A stretch of 39,920 nt of DNA from Acidilobaceae archaeon (GCA_027081695.1 JALWJI010000153.1:1-39920); one strand, 5' to 3'; shown: positions 18,303 through 29,173, numbered from the stretch's first letter. The notes: generated by a model not told the origin, from the sequence alone. Made by a program: numbers and translations.

Positions 18303-19226
18303 ATGATAACCATTATAGGAGCAGGAAAAGTCGGTACCTCGGCGGCCGCCTTCATGATGATAAAGGAACTCGATGATATCCTTCTAATAGATATAATTGA
18401 AAACAAGCCTCAGGGAGAAGCACTCGATCTAAGCCACGCCGCATCTATTCTCGGCCTAAGTGTATCAATAACCGGATCAAACGACTTCAAGGACATGGCA
18501 GGAAGCGACGTCGTTGTGGTAACAGCAGGCTTCCCAAGAAAGCCAGGTATGACGAGAGAAGAACTCCTAACAAAGAACGCAGGTATTATCGCCGATATCG
18601 CAGAAAAAATAAAAGAATACGCGCCTAACGCTATTGTATTGCTCACAACAAACCCACTAGACGCTATGACCTATGTAATGTACAAGAAACTAGGATTCCC
18701 AAGAGAAAGAGTAATAGGATTCAGCGGCGTACTAGACGCCGGTAGACTAGCATACTATGCGTCAAAGAAGCTCGGTGTAAGCCCTGCATCTATAACACCA
18801 ATAGTCCTTGGCATGCACGGCCAAGCAATGTTCCCAGTCCCAAGGCTCTCGACCGTTATGGGAGCACCACTAACAACACTCCTATCAGAGGAAGAACTAA
18901 AAGAAATAACAGAGGAAACAGTCAAAGCAGGCGCAACAGTAACAAAGCTAAGAGGATACAGTAGCAACTATGGCCCCGGCAGTGGTCTCGCAGTAATGGT
19001 TGAGGCAATAAAGAAAGACCAGCACAAGGCCTTCATCGCTAGCGTATATCTACAGGGAGAATACGGCTACAATGACCTAGTACTCGAGGTCCCAATAATA
19101 CTAGGAAGAAAGGGACTCGAGAGAATAATCGAACTACCACTAACAGAGGAAGAAAAGAAGGGACTCGACGAAAGCGCACAAGCAGTCAAGAACCTAATAG
19201 AAAAACTACCACCCGAATACAAGTAA
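18303..19226 (+). CDS. mdh: Malate dehydrogenase (LDH-like MDH family)
   Basis: MITIIGAGKVGTS Rossmann motif, AGFPRKPGMTREEL (substrate Arg), TNPLD and the GMHG catalytic His region. Confidence 0.9.
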   Translation: MITIIGAGKVGTSAAAFMMIKELDDILLIDIIENKPQGEALDLSHAASILGLSVSITGSNDFKDMAGSDVVVVTAGFPRKPGMTREELLTKNAGIIADIAEKIKEYAPNAIVLLTTNPLDAMTYVMYKKLGFPRERVIGFSGVLDAGRLAYYASKKLGVSPASITPIVLGMHGQAMFPVPRLSTVMGAPLTTLLSEEELKEITEETVKAGATVTKLRGYSSNYGPGSGLAVMVEAIKKDQHKAFIASVYLQGEYGYNDLVLEVPIILGRKGLERIIELPLTEEEKKGLDESAQAVKNLIEKLPPEYK

Positions 19227-19270
19227 CATTAAATTACCAGCTTCTTTCCCTTAACATATTTCTATATAAA

Positions 19271-19555
19271 TTATTCCTCTTTTGGTTCTGCTCCAAGATA
19301 TTTACGGGCTAAATAATCTACGTCTTCTCCTTCGGCTTCTCTAATTCTGGGATGAAGCGTATTGACGAGTTCGAATAGCCTGTCTATTTCCTTTCTTGGC
19401 AGAGGGATAATATACCCGTCATAGTCCTCGAGAAATATCTTGTAGATCTTTCTTCTATAGTCGACGACGAGCCTAAAACATGGATATTCCGGGCATTGAC
19501 TAACCTGCCCCACTCCGCCTTTCGACATGCTTGCTCCACACCCTGCTAATTTCAT
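19271..19555 (-). CDS. Hypothetical small protein (94 aa; possibly 85 aa from the second Met)
   Basis: ORF at the distal end of the minus-strand met operon, overlapping the upstream gene. Contains CPEYPC. No recognisable family. Confidence 0.4.
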   Translation of the reverse strand: MKLAGCGASMSKGGVGQVSQCPEYPCFRLVVDYRRKIYKIFLEDYDGYIIPLPRKEIDRLFELVNTLHPRIREAEGEDVDYLARKYLGAEPKEE

Positions 19556-20570
19556 CTATTGGCGGCTCTACAAATCTCTTTACAGTATCATCCTCAAGCA
19601 CAAGATCCACACCACACTCTTCCGGATTGGAACATTTTCTCATAGCTTTACCTATTATAGACACCTGGAATCCATGTTTTTCAAGAACTTCTATTGCTTC
19701 ATTTATTTTATCCGGTGGAATTCCGGCTAAAAGAGTCCCACTACTTATTAGTTTCAATGGATCGAGTCCTAGGCAACTGCTGAGTTTTCTGACTGCTGAA
19801 TTAACTAGTATTTTGTTCTTGTACACTGTTATGTTTGTTTTAGCGGCTTTCGCCATTTCTACTAATGCCCCTATTATCCCGCCTTCTGTGGCGTCATGCA
19901 TTGATGAGACCAATTGGTTTTCGGCTAGTAGACATGCCGGTTTAACTATGCTCAAGTCCCTGGCATCTATATGCAGATTACTGATTTCGGCTTCTCCTAA
20001 CTCGCATTCTTTTACGAGCGCGGGGAAGTCTGTTATTATTATTGATGCTCCTTCTCGTGCGGCTTCTCCTATTTGTATAATATAGTGGTTCTCGCTAAGA
20101 TTGCTGGTAGGTATACTACATCCCGGACATGTTATTCCTATCATTGTTACTATGAGTGTTGGTTTTGTTATTCCTGGACTGGTCTCTGTATGGCCTCCGA
20201 CAATATCTATATCTAGCATCCTCGATGTTTCTTGTATTTCTTGTATTAGTTGTTTGAGGGATTCTAATTCGTAGCCCTCGGGTAATAATAGTGTTAATAC
20301 AGCGTGTGTGGGACATGCTCCAGAGGCGGCTATATCATTGGATGCTACTATAATTGAGAGTTTGCCGGCGCCTGCGACAGCTTCTGTTATAGGATCCGAG
20401 TGGATTAAGAGATCGCAGCATGAGAGCCTTATGATAGCTGTATCTTCTCCTATCCCGGGACCTATAATGGTGTCTGGAGCAACTGCTCCTCTTATTCTTC
20501 TCAGTACTAGGTTTGAAAGAGTGTTTAATGGTAGTTTGCCTATTGGGAGTTTACCATTTTTCTCTGGCAA
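19500..20570 (-). CDS. AIR-synthase-related protein (PurM/ThiL/HypE/SelD superfamily), specific function unknown
   Basis: 356 aa. N-terminal GIGEDTAII...[15 protein letters not shown] and GGHTE motifs match PurM-superfamily N and C domains. It lacks the HypE C-terminal PRIC motif. Confidence 0.65.
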   Translation of the reverse strand: MPEKNGKLPIGKLPLNTLSNLVLRRIRGAVAPDTIIGPGIGEDTAIIRLSCCDLLIHSDPITEAVAGAGKLSIIVASNDIAASGACPTHAVLTLLLPEGYELESLKQLIQEIQETSRMLDIDIVGGHTETSPGITKPTLIVTMIGITCPGCSIPTSNLSENHYIIQIGEAAREGASIIITDFPALVKECELGEAEISNLHIDARDLSIVKPACLLAENQLVSSMHDATEGGIIGALVEMAKAAKTNITVYKNKILVNSAVRKLSSCLGLDPLKLISSGTLLAGIPPDKINEAIEVLEKHGFQVSIIGKAMRKCSNPEECGVDLVLEDDTVKRFVEPPIDEISRVWSKHVERRSGAG

Positions 20571-21543
20571 TTTTGGCGGCCTCTACCATATTCTTGAGTT
20601 TTTGTCTAGCGATCTCTCTAGGAAGTCTTTTTAGGCCACAGTCTGGATCTATGTATATCTTTTCGGGCGATAGTATTCCAAGATTCATTATTTTTTCTAT
20701 ATCTTCTACTATCTCGTCCACTGATTCTATCTGTGTTGTGTGTACGTCTATTACACCGTATCCGAGTTCTTTATCGTATCCGTATTCCTTGAGGTATGGT
20801 AATAGTCTGAAATTACTGTTCTTGAACTCTAGGTCGAATTGGTCTACAGGGAATTCTAATATATATGGTAGAATATATTCGATTTTTCCGAAGCATATGT
20901 GTACTATTTTCTTTACATCTAGGCCGTATAGCATTATTTTCAGTGCTTCTTTCACTATGTCTGCTTCTTCTTTCCATGGACGTGTAGAGAGAGCCGGCTC
21001 GTCTATTTGTATGTATTTGGCGCCTGCATTCACGAGTGCTTCTATTTCTTTTCGGAGTTCTTTGGCTAAGTCTATTATTGCTTCTCTCCTATCTCCATAG
21101 TATAGGTCGAAGCTCCATTCTAGCATGGTGTATGGGCCTGTCAGTATTCCTTTTACTGGACGGCCTTCTGCGAAAGATGAGGCAATTTTCCAGTCTTCTA
21201 CTGTTAGCGGTTCAGGCCATTCGACTTTTCCATAGATTATAGGCTTTCTAAAGTAGACGTTGTCAAATATTCGTGTCCATTCACCCGGCATATAGCCATT
21301 CATTCTCTCTGCAAAGTATACTACCATGTCTTCTCTGGTCTGTTCACCATCACTTATTATATCGACTCCCGCCCATAGATGGTCTTCTACTACGCCTCTA
21401 ATCGCTTCGACGAAGAGATCTCTTAGCTCATCTGGAGTTGCTTGTTTTTTACGTATTTTCCTGAGGGCCTGTTTTGCCGGTTCAAGTTTGGGATAGCTAC
21501 CCACGACTGTCGTTGGGAACTTCCTCGGTACTTGGTACTCCAC
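20551..21543 (-). CDS. metE: Cobalamin-independent methionine synthase, catalytic (MetE C-terminal-type) subunit
   Basis: 330 aa with [19 protein letters not shown] and Zn-ligand contexts HICFG and DPDCGL. Confidence 0.85.
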   Translation of the reverse strand: MEYQVPRKFPTTVVGSYPKLEPAKQALRKIRKKQATPDELRDLFVEAIRGVVEDHLWAGVDIISDGEQTREDMVVYFAERMNGYMPGEWTRIFDNVYFRKPIIYGKVEWPEPLTVEDWKIASSFAEGRPVKGILTGPYTMLEWSFDLYYGDRREAIIDLAKELRKEIEALVNAGAKYIQIDEPALSTRPWKEEADIVKEALKIMLYGLDVKKIVHICFGKIEYILPYILEFPVDQFDLEFKNSNFRLLPYLKEYGYDKELGYGVIDVHTTQIESVDEIVEDIEKIMNLGILSPEKIYIDPDCGLKRLPREIARQKLKNMVEAAKIAREKW

Positions 21544-21550
21544 TTTCCTT

Positions 21551-22552
21551 TCACCTCCAGAGAATCCTTTTCTCCAAGCCTAGTTTCTCTGAAACTATGT
21601 CTACAAACTTGGAAAGTATCTTAGTCTTCTTGAGAGCATATGTGTATGGTATAAGGTCTAGCCATGTGGTAGTTGTCAACACGATTTCCTGAGATTCTTT
21701 TGAAAGTTTTTTGATCATAGTTAATAGCTCTTCGTCTAGTTTATCTTCGTGGATTCTTCTCGCATCAACTATTCCTAAGACAGGTACATGACCCGGCAAA
21801 CCCGTTTTTCCTAATAATTCAATTGCTCTTCTCTTAGAGTCTATAACATCTACTGATATGTATTTGAACTTAGATTCGAGAACTACGTCGAACACTTCTT
21901 TTTGTGGTACATCGAAGTATATTGCTATTGCAGAGTTTTCACTACTGAGACTTGCTATTTCGTTCCAATAGTCTAGATACTCTTCTACCTCCTCCTTTGA
22001 TAGTCTTCTATCGCCGACAAGAGGTTCGTCTACTTGAATAAACACATTTTCTTCTTTAACTAGCTCTATCTCTGATTTGAGTATTGATGTTATTGCTTCC
22101 GCTAGTTCTGTTTTTGAAAGATCCGATACGTTCTGGCTCAAGTTTACGAATGTAAAGGGTCCCGGTAACACTATTTTCAGGCTCGATGGCTCGGCTAGAT
22201 CCTTGAATTGTCTTATTCTTGGTAACCATACTGGCTCTAAGGGGTCAGGCTCACCCGTGAACACGGGAATCCTATAGAAGAAGTTGTTGTCGAAGTATCG
22301 GAGGAGACCGTTAACGCTTACGTTCTTCCACCTCATTATAAATGGCCTGAATATGTCGTGCCAATCCACCATGCCGTCGACCACTATTGGTAATCCATGC
22401 GCTTTTTGGACTCCGATTATTTCCGAGTGAATAATCAGTAGCCTAGATGTATATTGCGAGAAGTCTAGGGTTCCTCTTTCCCTATCTCTTAGAGTGTATC
22501 TTGCAAGTCTGGACCTTGGATAAGCCCCCAGCACCATGCCCCATACGGTCAC
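21551..22552 (-). CDS. MetE N-terminal-domain-like protein (non-catalytic half of split MetE)
   Basis: 333 aa with the same TIM-barrel-like pattern ([21 protein letters not shown]) but no His/Cys zinc ligands. A 7-nt gap separates it from the catalytic half. Confidence 0.7.
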   Translation of the reverse strand: MTVWGMVLGAYPRSRLARYTLRDRERGTLDFSQYTSRLLIIHSEIIGVQKAHGLPIVVDGMVDWHDIFRPFIMRWKNVSVNGLLRYFDNNFFYRIPVFTGEPDPLEPVWLPRIRQFKDLAEPSSLKIVLPGPFTFVNLSQNVSDLSKTELAEAITSILKSEIELVKEENVFIQVDEPLVGDRRLSKEEVEEYLDYWNEIASLSSENSAIAIYFDVPQKEVFDVVLESKFKYISVDVIDSKRRAIELLGKTGLPGHVPVLGIVDARRIHEDKLDEELLTMIKKLSKESQEIVLTTTTWLDLIPYTYALKKTKILSKFVDIVSEKLGLEKRILWR

Positions 22553-23109
22553 TTCTTTACACCCTTACTGAAATATGCAAGTATAACCTCCTCCATAAGT
22601 TTGTGATGGTATCTTTCCTCGCAGATAATCTCATCTACGATTCTATCAACAATTCTCGCTTGAGGCTCTGGAAACATGTCCTTAATAATGTTAAAGATCA
22701 TTGAATGATAAATCTCCTCACTCATAGAGTTCTCTGCTTTCTTTAACTCTCTTAGTACACGATCTACATTTATTTTGTCTAGCTCCGTCGACTCAATAAA
22801 AGAAACTAGTTTCTCTAGTGACTCATATGTAGAACCTATGAGTTTCTGGCAGTTCTCGGGCTTAAATTGAAGACTTAGAACTTGGCTAACATCTCTTAAT
22901 AACGATGCGTGATTCAGGCTCTCACGTGCTATGTGTTTAAGAGTAAGAGCTTCTGGATACTCTAGTTTATCTGCTAGTTTACTGTAGACTTTTGCAATGT
23001 ATTCTTCCAATTTTATAGAACAACTTATAATTCTAGCAACTAGATCTTCTCCTTCAATCACTGAAATACACCAAGAGAGATTATTAGAGGACGTTGAATA
23101 TAACTTCAC
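22549..23109 (-). CDS. Hypothetical all-helical protein (186 aa), first gene of the met operon
   Basis: GTG start. Its stop overlaps the next gene start by 4 nt. Glu/His-containing helices (ARESLNHASLL, CEERYHHKLMEE) hint weakly at a ferritin-like bundle. Confidence 0.5.
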   Translation of the reverse strand: MKLYSTSSNNLSWCISVIEGEDLVARIISCSIKLEEYIAKVYSKLADKLEYPEALTLKHIARESLNHASLLRDVSQVLSLQFKPENCQKLIGSTYESLEKLVSFIESTELDKINVDRVLRELKKAENSMSEEIYHSMIFNIIKDMFPEPQARIVDRIVDEIICEERYHHKLMEEVILAYFSKGVKK

Positions 23110-23226
23110 CGCGAAGGAGTCTTAAAACCAAGTATATTTCTGTATAGTATTGCTTATCCTATAGTCACATAAACATATACATTTCATCCCAGTATAATTA
23201 CGTTCAAATCTAAAACATATATTACT

Positions 23227-25560
23227 TTGATAAATTATCATATTCTCGATAAATTCGAACCTATCAAAACACCTAGCCCAGGACTGATTAAATTGACACT
23301 ATTTAGAGCCTCATTAAGGATACTTACCAGAAGGAAGATTGAGAGCATAGTTTTCACCACAATTATCCTTCTAGGCGTCCTTGGTATTGCAACAATAAAG
23401 CTTGCGGCCGATTATAGTCTTGAACTTGCCGGCAAAGGATGGAGCGTTGAAGTCGGCAATATCATAATAATAGGAGATATTCCATACAATGTTGCTGAAT
23501 CTCTAACTGGTCTTCCAGATATAGCTGAGCTTAAACTAATTAGAACCAAGACATCCATTGCTTTTCACGATACGGAACCCTTATCTATCACATTTGTTTA
23601 TAATCCTACAAGTTCCCCGCCTATAGGATATCTTATAGATCAAGAGGGCTCAGTTATAATTTATAGCGTGGACGGAAGAGAAGCTGATCTAGAGCCGGGA
23701 GACTCCATAACCATACCGGACTATGGGCCTCTCACAATAGATGGAAACGCGAGTGGCATTGTCACTATAAGTGGAGGAACTGATATAACAATAATTGTCC
23801 CCTTAGATATCTTTAACGAGCTACCTGGAGAAGAAGTTGATATATTGGCTGTAATAGCCTCACCTAGCACGAATGTAACTAATTTAGCGCGTACGTTATA
23901 TCAAAATATAGTCTCAAAAGGTGGAAGTGTTGATTCTATTAATATTCAAACAGAAGAAGATAATCCTGCTGAGGCTCCTATGAAGAGTATGGCGTTAGCT
24001 TTCGAGGTCTTTATCGGAACAGCCTTGATCACCGGAGCTCTACTTATTGCTGGTAGCGAGATGACACTATTAGAAAGGGATCTTAGAGAGTTAGGTGTTC
24101 TGAAGGCTTTGGGAGCCGGAAAGAAAGAGATCGTAGCTTATTACTCAGGCTATAATATTATGCGTGGTGTAATAGGATCCTTGCTCGGTATTATGTTTTC
24201 CATTCCTTTATCTCGTTATCTTGTAATATGGGGATCTAAACAAGCCGGATCCTCTACAATGGAGATACTTATGCAACATTACCCATATACGCCTAGTATG
24301 AGTGTTATAGTTTCAATAGGGCTGTTTTCTGTCGGTATAATTTTATTGTTTTCCATTGTTCCACCTCTAGTTCTCTCCAGAATAAATACTGTTCAAGCGC
24401 TAAGATTTACAGGATTATCTTATCGCTTTAGGACTCTAAAGATAATGTATAGGAGGGTGAGAATTGCCCTTAGCATTCGACGAATCTTCTCTAGGCCTTG
24501 GACTACTATTTTCTTTATACTTATAATAGCCGTCTCGTGGGGAGCCACGGCATCTATACCGATGAGCATTCGAGCCGTGGATAGTATGGGTGATGAGCTA
24601 GAGACTTACGGATATACCGCTGTTATAACGTTGCCTACACAGAACCTCAATTTTTCGGAACTTCTCGAAATAGCAGATAACGTTAATGGTGTTTCAAGAT
24701 CAGAACTGTGGCTGTCGATGTGGAGAGGCGTCGAGATTTTTAACGAAACAGTCTCTACACGTACCTGTCTTTTAGGAGATTGGGCGCTGGGGCCCGGCTT
24801 AATTAATGGCCGTTGGCCTAGTAAGGGCGAGATCGTTGTATCGGAGACTATGGCTAGACTATATGATCTGGGTCTTGGAGATATCGTTTATGTGAAGAAT
24901 TCTAAAGGTCAGATGCTAGAATTACGTATTTCGGGGATCGTGTCTACTCACGAGAATGCTGGAAAAATAGTGTTTTTGAATAAACAGGACTATATCGCTT
25001 TGCTGGGAGAAAGATATCTGTACTTGAGGATCTTGTCAACAGACAGTGGAGATATTGTTGGAGAGAGCGTTGTACAGAGTCTCCTCGAGAATGGTATACC
25101 TGCCAGTCTTGCCTATACAAAGGATGATCTAATAAAGCAACAGGAGCAGGGAACAGTGTTCTTCAGAACATTTTTATCCATAATAAATATCTCGACACTC
25201 ATTACCGGGTTTGCTGGTCTCACCATGCTTTCCTTGGTAGATATGGCGGGGCGTCTTAAAGAAATTGGTGTATTAAGGAGCATAGGATTTACTAATCATG
25301 AGCTATCGGTTGATCTTGTTCTTGGCACTCTTATTGCTATAGTATTCGCGGCGCCAGTATCATATGTCGTGGCCTTGCTCATCTCATCATCTCTATTAAG
25401 GTTAATGGTTGATGCACTCGGTTTTCTCGAACCTATTCCTAGTATAATTGATTTGGCTAACACTGGGTGGGTTATTCTTCTTGCCCTCTTTTTCGTCTAT
25501 CTAATTAGCTTGGTTTATCTGAGAAGGCAGAGAACCTCTGATCTGCTCCGGGTCGAGTAG
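23227..25560 (+). CDS. ABC transporter permease, FtsX/MacB-like with duplicated FtsX domains
   Basis: 777 aa. Two blocks, each a TM helix, a large extracytoplasmic domain and three TM helices (KALGAGKKEIVAYY..., LRSIGFTNHELSVDL...). TTG start; in-frame TTG 23293 is an alternative. Confidence 0.8.
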   Translation: MINYHILDKFEPIKTPSPGLIKLTLFRASLRILTRRKIESIVFTTIILLGVLGIATIKLAADYSLELAGKGWSVEVGNIIIIGDIPYNVAESLTGLPDIAELKLIRTKTSIAFHDTEPLSITFVYNPTSSPPIGYLIDQEGSVIIYSVDGREADLEPGDSITIPDYGPLTIDGNASGIVTISGGTDITIIVPLDIFNELPGEEVDILAVIASPSTNVTNLARTLYQNIVSKGGSVDSINIQTEEDNPAEAPMKSMALAFEVFIGTALITGALLIAGSEMTLLERDLRELGVLKALGAGKKEIVAYYSGYNIMRGVIGSLLGIMFSIPLSRYLVIWGSKQAGSSTMEILMQHYPYTPSMSVIVSIGLFSVGIILLFSIVPPLVLSRINTVQALRFTGLSYRFRTLKIMYRRVRIALSIRRIFSRPWTTIFFILIIAVSWGATASIPMSIRAVDSMGDELETYGYTAVITLPTQNLNFSELLEIADNVNGVSRSELWLSMWRGVEIFNETVSTRTCLLGDWALGPGLINGRWPSKGEIVVSETMARLYDLGLGDIVYVKNSKGQMLELRISGIVSTHENAGKIVFLNKQDYIALLGERYLYLRILSTDSGDIVGESVVQSLLENGIPASLAYTKDDLIKQQEQGTVFFRTFLSIINISTLITGFAGLTMLSLVDMAGRLKEIGVLRSIGFTNHELSVDLVLGTLIAIVFAAPVSYVVALLISSSLLRLMVDALGFLEPIPSIIDLANTGWVILLALFFVYLISLVYLRRQRTSDLLRVE

Positions 25561-25575
25561 TCGAGGTGTAGAGCT

Positions 25576-26271
25576 GTGGCTGAATACTCTATAGTGTTTA
25601 GAGACGTCTGGAAAATCTATCGTGGAAACGGGATCGATTATCCCGCGCTACGAGGAGTCAACTTTGTCGTTGAGAAGGGAGAGCTCGTTGCATTACAGGG
25701 TCCCTCAGGCAGTGGGAAAACTACTGTAATCTATCTTGCCGGCGGCTTGGATACACCTACTAGAGGAGAAGTTATTGTAAATAGTGAGAATCTTAGTAGA
25801 CTCTCCGAAGGAAAACGGGCTAAGTGGAGGAGGAGAAATGTTGGTATAGTGTTTCAATTCTTTCATCTTGTCCCCACCCTAACTGTTCTTGAAAACGTTA
25901 TTCTCCCAATGGAATTAGCAGAATATCCGCCAAAGGAGAAACGATTAGAGAGAGCCGAGGAGCTCTTAGAGATCATAGGTATGAAGAATAAGAGAGAGAA
26001 ATTTCCGAATCAACTAAGCGGCGGCGAGCAGCAGAGAGTAGCAATTGCTCGTGCCCTTGCAGCGGATCCCTATATCATACTTGCTGATGAGCCTACAGCC
26101 AATCTCGATACTAGGAATAAGCTAAAAATAATCGATCTTCTAATAGAAGCTAATCATCTCGGTAAAACAATCCTATATACTACTCATGATCCACAACTGG
26201 CTTCTAAAGCTGATAGAGTATTAAAGATAGAGGATGGAAGAATAGTCCCTTTAAATCTTAGTGGCCTGTAA
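25576..26271 (+). CDS. ABC transporter ATP-binding protein (MacB/LolD-type)
   Basis: Walker A GPSGSGKTT, Q-loop, signature LSGGEQQR, Walker B ILADEPT and H-loop TTHD. GTG start. Confidence 0.9.
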   Translation: MAEYSIVFRDVWKIYRGNGIDYPALRGVNFVVEKGELVALQGPSGSGKTTVIYLAGGLDTPTRGEVIVNSENLSRLSEGKRAKWRRRNVGIVFQFFHLVPTLTVLENVILPMELAEYPPKEKRLERAEELLEIIGMKNKREKFPNQLSGGEQQRVAIARALAADPYIILADEPTANLDTRNKLKIIDLLIEANHLGKTILYTTHDPQLASKADRVLKIEDGRIVPLNLSGL

Positions 26272-26291
26272 AAGGTGCCGAGATTTTTATT

Positions 26292-26369
26292 TGGTGGGCC
26301 CGCGGGGATTTGAACCCCGGACCTCCGCCGTGTCAGGGCGGCGTCCTGACCAGGCTAGACGACGGGCCC
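26292..26369 (-). tRNA. tRNA-Val (anticodon GAC), genomically encoded CCA
   Basis: The reverse complement folds as GGGCCCG-TC-GTCT..AGGAC-G-ccgcc-ctGACac-ggcgg-aggtc-cgggg-ttcaaat-ccccg-CGGGCCC-A-CCA. Confidence 0.9.
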
Positions 26370-26428
26370 CTGGCCCCAGACGCCAATCAAATAGGATAAA
26401 CACATCCAAGTTTAAAAGAATTAGGTGT

Positions 26429-26860
26429 CTAATTGCTTTTACAGTCTGCTTCTACAATTATGTTTACTCCATGGATCCTGAGACCTTTTTCTGATAGTTC
26501 CTGTACTAGTTTGCTCGCATATGTTTTGCTGTCTTCAAGGTCTACGAGTTGACCTGTATCCTTACAATATACGTTTACGTGGTATTCTGGTCTATCGATG
26601 TGTGTTTCACCGTTCCATTCGAAGATTCGTATCACGCCTGCTTTCTCTAGCATCTTCATGGTGTTGAATATTGTGGATATTCCTACGCGGGGTAATTGCT
26701 TCTGAACTATTGAATGTATTTCTTTAAATGATGGATGGTTCTTAACATTGTCTAGTATTATCTTTGTTATAACTATTCGTTGGGGGGTTACTCGTACGCC
26801 GATTTTTGTTAGTATGTCTATTACTTCTTCTATTTTTACTTCGTCTTGCATGGTTGACAC
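26429..26860 (-). CDS. Fur-family transcriptional regulator
   Basis: 143 aa with a winged-helix N-terminal domain (RVTPQRIVITKIIL...FKEIHSIV...GISTIFNTMKMLEKAGVI) and a C-terminal dimerisation domain with His residues. No CxxC pairs. Confidence 0.7.
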   Translation of the reverse strand: MSTMQDEVKIEEVIDILTKIGVRVTPQRIVITKIILDNVKNHPSFKEIHSIVQKQLPRVGISTIFNTMKMLEKAGVIRIFEWNGETHIDRPEYHVNVYCKDTGQLVDLEDSKTYASKLVQELSEKGLRIHGVNIIVEADCKSN

Positions 26861-27045
26861 CTTTACACCTTTTGTTCTCCATATAATGTAGTGTTATCCA
26901 TGTTTATATGTTGTTATATATTCTTCTTGCAAATGGTTTTCACTTTGCTTGTCCTTGAACCTATGTCTAAGTAGAGACATTATTAATTAGATATTCAATA
27001 AAAACTGTAGAGTTTTATAGGGAAAACTAAGTTGGATAAAGAATT

Positions 27046-28203
27046 TTATTCTTTCTTGTTCACCGTTGGAAGTCCAGATTTTACTATTTCTCTTATGCTT
27101 GGGTATCTGTAACAGGATACGTATCTTTCTGGTTTGACTTCAGAGAGTGGAGGCTCTACTACGGGGCATAATTGTTCTAGTTCTTTGTCTGTTTCCTTGT
27201 GTTGTTCATAGTAGATACATCTTGGGTGGAATCTGCATCCTGGCGGAATGAATACAGCGTTTGGCACTTCTCCTTTTATTTTTAGGTCTCTGAATTTTAG
27301 CCTGTTGGCTGGATCGGGATCTGGTATTGCGGCGATTAGTGCTTCCGTGTATGGGTGGAGGGGGTCGGCTATTACTTCTCTTGCGTCTCCCAGCTCTACG
27401 ATCTTTCCTAGATACATGACTGCGATTCTGTCACAGATGTATCTTGCTACTGCTAGGTCGTGTGTTATGAATATGAATGAGACGTCGAGTAGTGTTCTTA
27501 GATTTAAGAGTACTTCGAGGATTTCTGCTCTAATTGAGACGTCGAGCATTGAGACGGGCTCGTCTGCTATAATTAGGGAGGGGTTTCCTATTATTGCACG
27601 TGCTATTGCTACTCTTTGTCTCTGTCCTCCGCTTAACTGGTGTGGGTATCTATCAATGAATTCTTCTACGGGAGTTAGCTTGACCATTTCTAGGGCTTTC
27701 GCGATGATTTCTAGCCTTTCTTCTTTTGTTGATCCTATCTTGTGGACTAATAATACTTCTTCTAGCACGTCTTTAATGCGGAACCTTGGGTTTAGACTAC
27801 CGTATGGATCCTGGTATATCATCTGGATTTCTCTTCTCAAGGGTCTGAATTGTGAATCTTTTAGTCCGAACAGTTCTACGAATCCGTTTTCTGACTTGAC
27901 ACCCATAGCGTCGAGAATTTCAAGTGTCTCCTTACGGGGTTTGAAGAAGGCTTTTCCTGAGTGGACGGGGACTAGTCTTAATAGTGCTTTTCCTGTGGTT
28001 GTTTTTCCACAGCCGCTTTCTCCTACTAGACAAAAGATCTCTCTTTTCCTGATATTGAATGATACTCCGTCTACTGCGTGGACATAGAGTTGTGGTTTAC
28101 GCAATAGTATATCTGATATATCTCTCTTTATGGGGAACCATACCTTGAGATCTTGTACTCGAAGAATCTCTTCTCCGAGTTCTACCCTATACGCATGGCT
28201 CAT
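27046..28203 (-). CDS. Oligopeptide/dipeptide ABC transporter ATP-binding protein (OppF/DppF-type)
   Basis: Walker A GESGCGKTT, LSGGQRQR and IIADEPVS. C-terminal oligopeptide-type extension with HPYT and CRFHPRC. Confidence 0.9.
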   Translation of the reverse strand: MSHAYRVELGEEILRVQDLKVWFPIKRDISDILLRKPQLYVHAVDGVSFNIRKREIFCLVGESGCGKTTTGKALLRLVPVHSGKAFFKPRKETLEILDAMGVKSENGFVELFGLKDSQFRPLRREIQMIYQDPYGSLNPRFRIKDVLEEVLLVHKIGSTKEERLEIIAKALEMVKLTPVEEFIDRYPHQLSGGQRQRVAIARAIIGNPSLIIADEPVSMLDVSIRAEILEVLLNLRTLLDVSFIFITHDLAVARYICDRIAVMYLGKIVELGDAREVIADPLHPYTEALIAAIPDPDPANRLKFRDLKIKGEVPNAVFIPPGCRFHPRCIYYEQHKETDKELEQLCPVVEPPLSEVKPERYVSCYRYPSIREIVKSGLPTVNKKE

Positions 28204-28210
28204 CTATAAT

Positions 28211-29173
28211 TCACCTCTTCGTGTAAAGCCAACAAGCTACGTAGTGTCCTTTTGAATACTCGATTATCGGAGGCTCTTCTTTGTCACATGGCTCAAACCT
28301 TCTCGGACATCTTGGTGCAAATCTGCATCCCGGTGGAGGCGAGCGGAGATCTGGAGGTGTCCCAGGGATGTATTCGAGCTTATGTATGTCTCCTTTGAGC
28401 CTGGGTACTGCCCTAATGAGAGCTTTTGTGTAGGGATGTAGCGGGTTTTCAAATATGTCTTCTGCTCTTCCAAACTCGACAATTTTTCCAGCGTACATTA
28501 CTGCGATTTTCTCTGAGAGCTCTGTTACTACTCCGAGATCGTGGGTGATCAGTATAATGCTCATTTTTTCCTCCTGGTGGAGTTTTTTCATTAGGTTTAG
28601 TATCTGCGCTTGAACAACAACGTCTAGCGCTGTAGTGGGCTCGTCTGCGATTACTATGTCGGGTTTTAATGCTAGTGCCATTGCGATTACTACTCTTTGT
28701 TTTTGTCCTCCGCTTAGCTCGTGGGGATATCTTTCCAATATTGAAGGCGCGAGGCCTACAGCTTCTATAAGTTCTCTAGCACGTTCAAGTGCCTCCTGCT
28801 TGGTCATATTGGTGTGGAGGAGGAGAGGTTCTATGATTTGATCTCCCACGGTATAAACTGGGTTGAGCGCGTTCATAGCGCCTTGAAATATCATGCTGAT
28901 CCGTTTCCACCTTATCTCTCTTCTAACCTCAGACTCGCTCATTCCAACAATATCTTTTCCGTCTATTCTAATCTGTCCACCAACTATTCTTCCAGGAGGA
29001 GGAACTAGTCTTAACAAGCTCCATGCTAGTGTACTTTTTCCACAGCCGCTCTCTCCTACTATTCCCAGGGTTTCTCCCTTTTCTAGTTCAAAGGACACTC
29101 CGTCTACAGCCTTTACTACTCCTCTTAGTGTATAGAAGTATGTTCGTAGATTCTCTACCTCGAGTAGTGCCAT
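28211..29173 (-). CDS. Oligopeptide/dipeptide ABC transporter ATP-binding protein (OppD/DppD-type)
   Basis: Walker A GESGCGKST, LSGGQKQR, VIADEPTT, HPYT and CRFAPRCP. Confidence 0.9.
   Translation of the reverse strand: MALLEVENLRTYFYTLRGVVKAVDGVSFELEKGETLGIVGESGCGKSTLAWSLLRLVPPPGRIVGGQIRIDGKDIVGMSESEVRREIRWKRISMIFQGAMNALNPVYTVGDQIIEPLLLHTNMTKQEALERARELIEAVGLAPSILERYPHELSGGQKQRVVIAMALALKPDIVIADEPTTALDVVVQAQILNLMKKLHQEEKMSIILITHDLGVVTELSEKIAVMYAGKIVEFGRAEDIFENPLHPYTKALIRAVPRLKGDIHKLEYIPGTPPDLRSPPPGCRFAPRCPRRFEPCDKEEPPIIEYSKGHYVACWLYTKR

Noticed and set aside
19527-21242. Plus-strand ORFs (19531-20085, 20308-20634, 20513-21100, 21036-21242 and others)
   Set aside because: They are antisense to the PurM-like and MetE genes, which carry clear family motifs. 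The translations are low-complexity.
26272-26428. tRNA-Val as an integration site for a mobile element (the neighbouring Fur and opp genes as cargo)
   Set aside because: I found no duplicated tRNA 3' fragment elsewhere in the window. The T-arm word gatttgaacc occurs only in the Ala and Val genes. There is no integrase gene, and the flanking genes are ordinary chromosomal functions.
27248-29135. Plus-strand ORFs opposite the two Opp ATPases (e.g. 27248-28087, 279 aa)
   Set aside because: They are antisense to genes with complete Walker A, signature and Walker B motifs.
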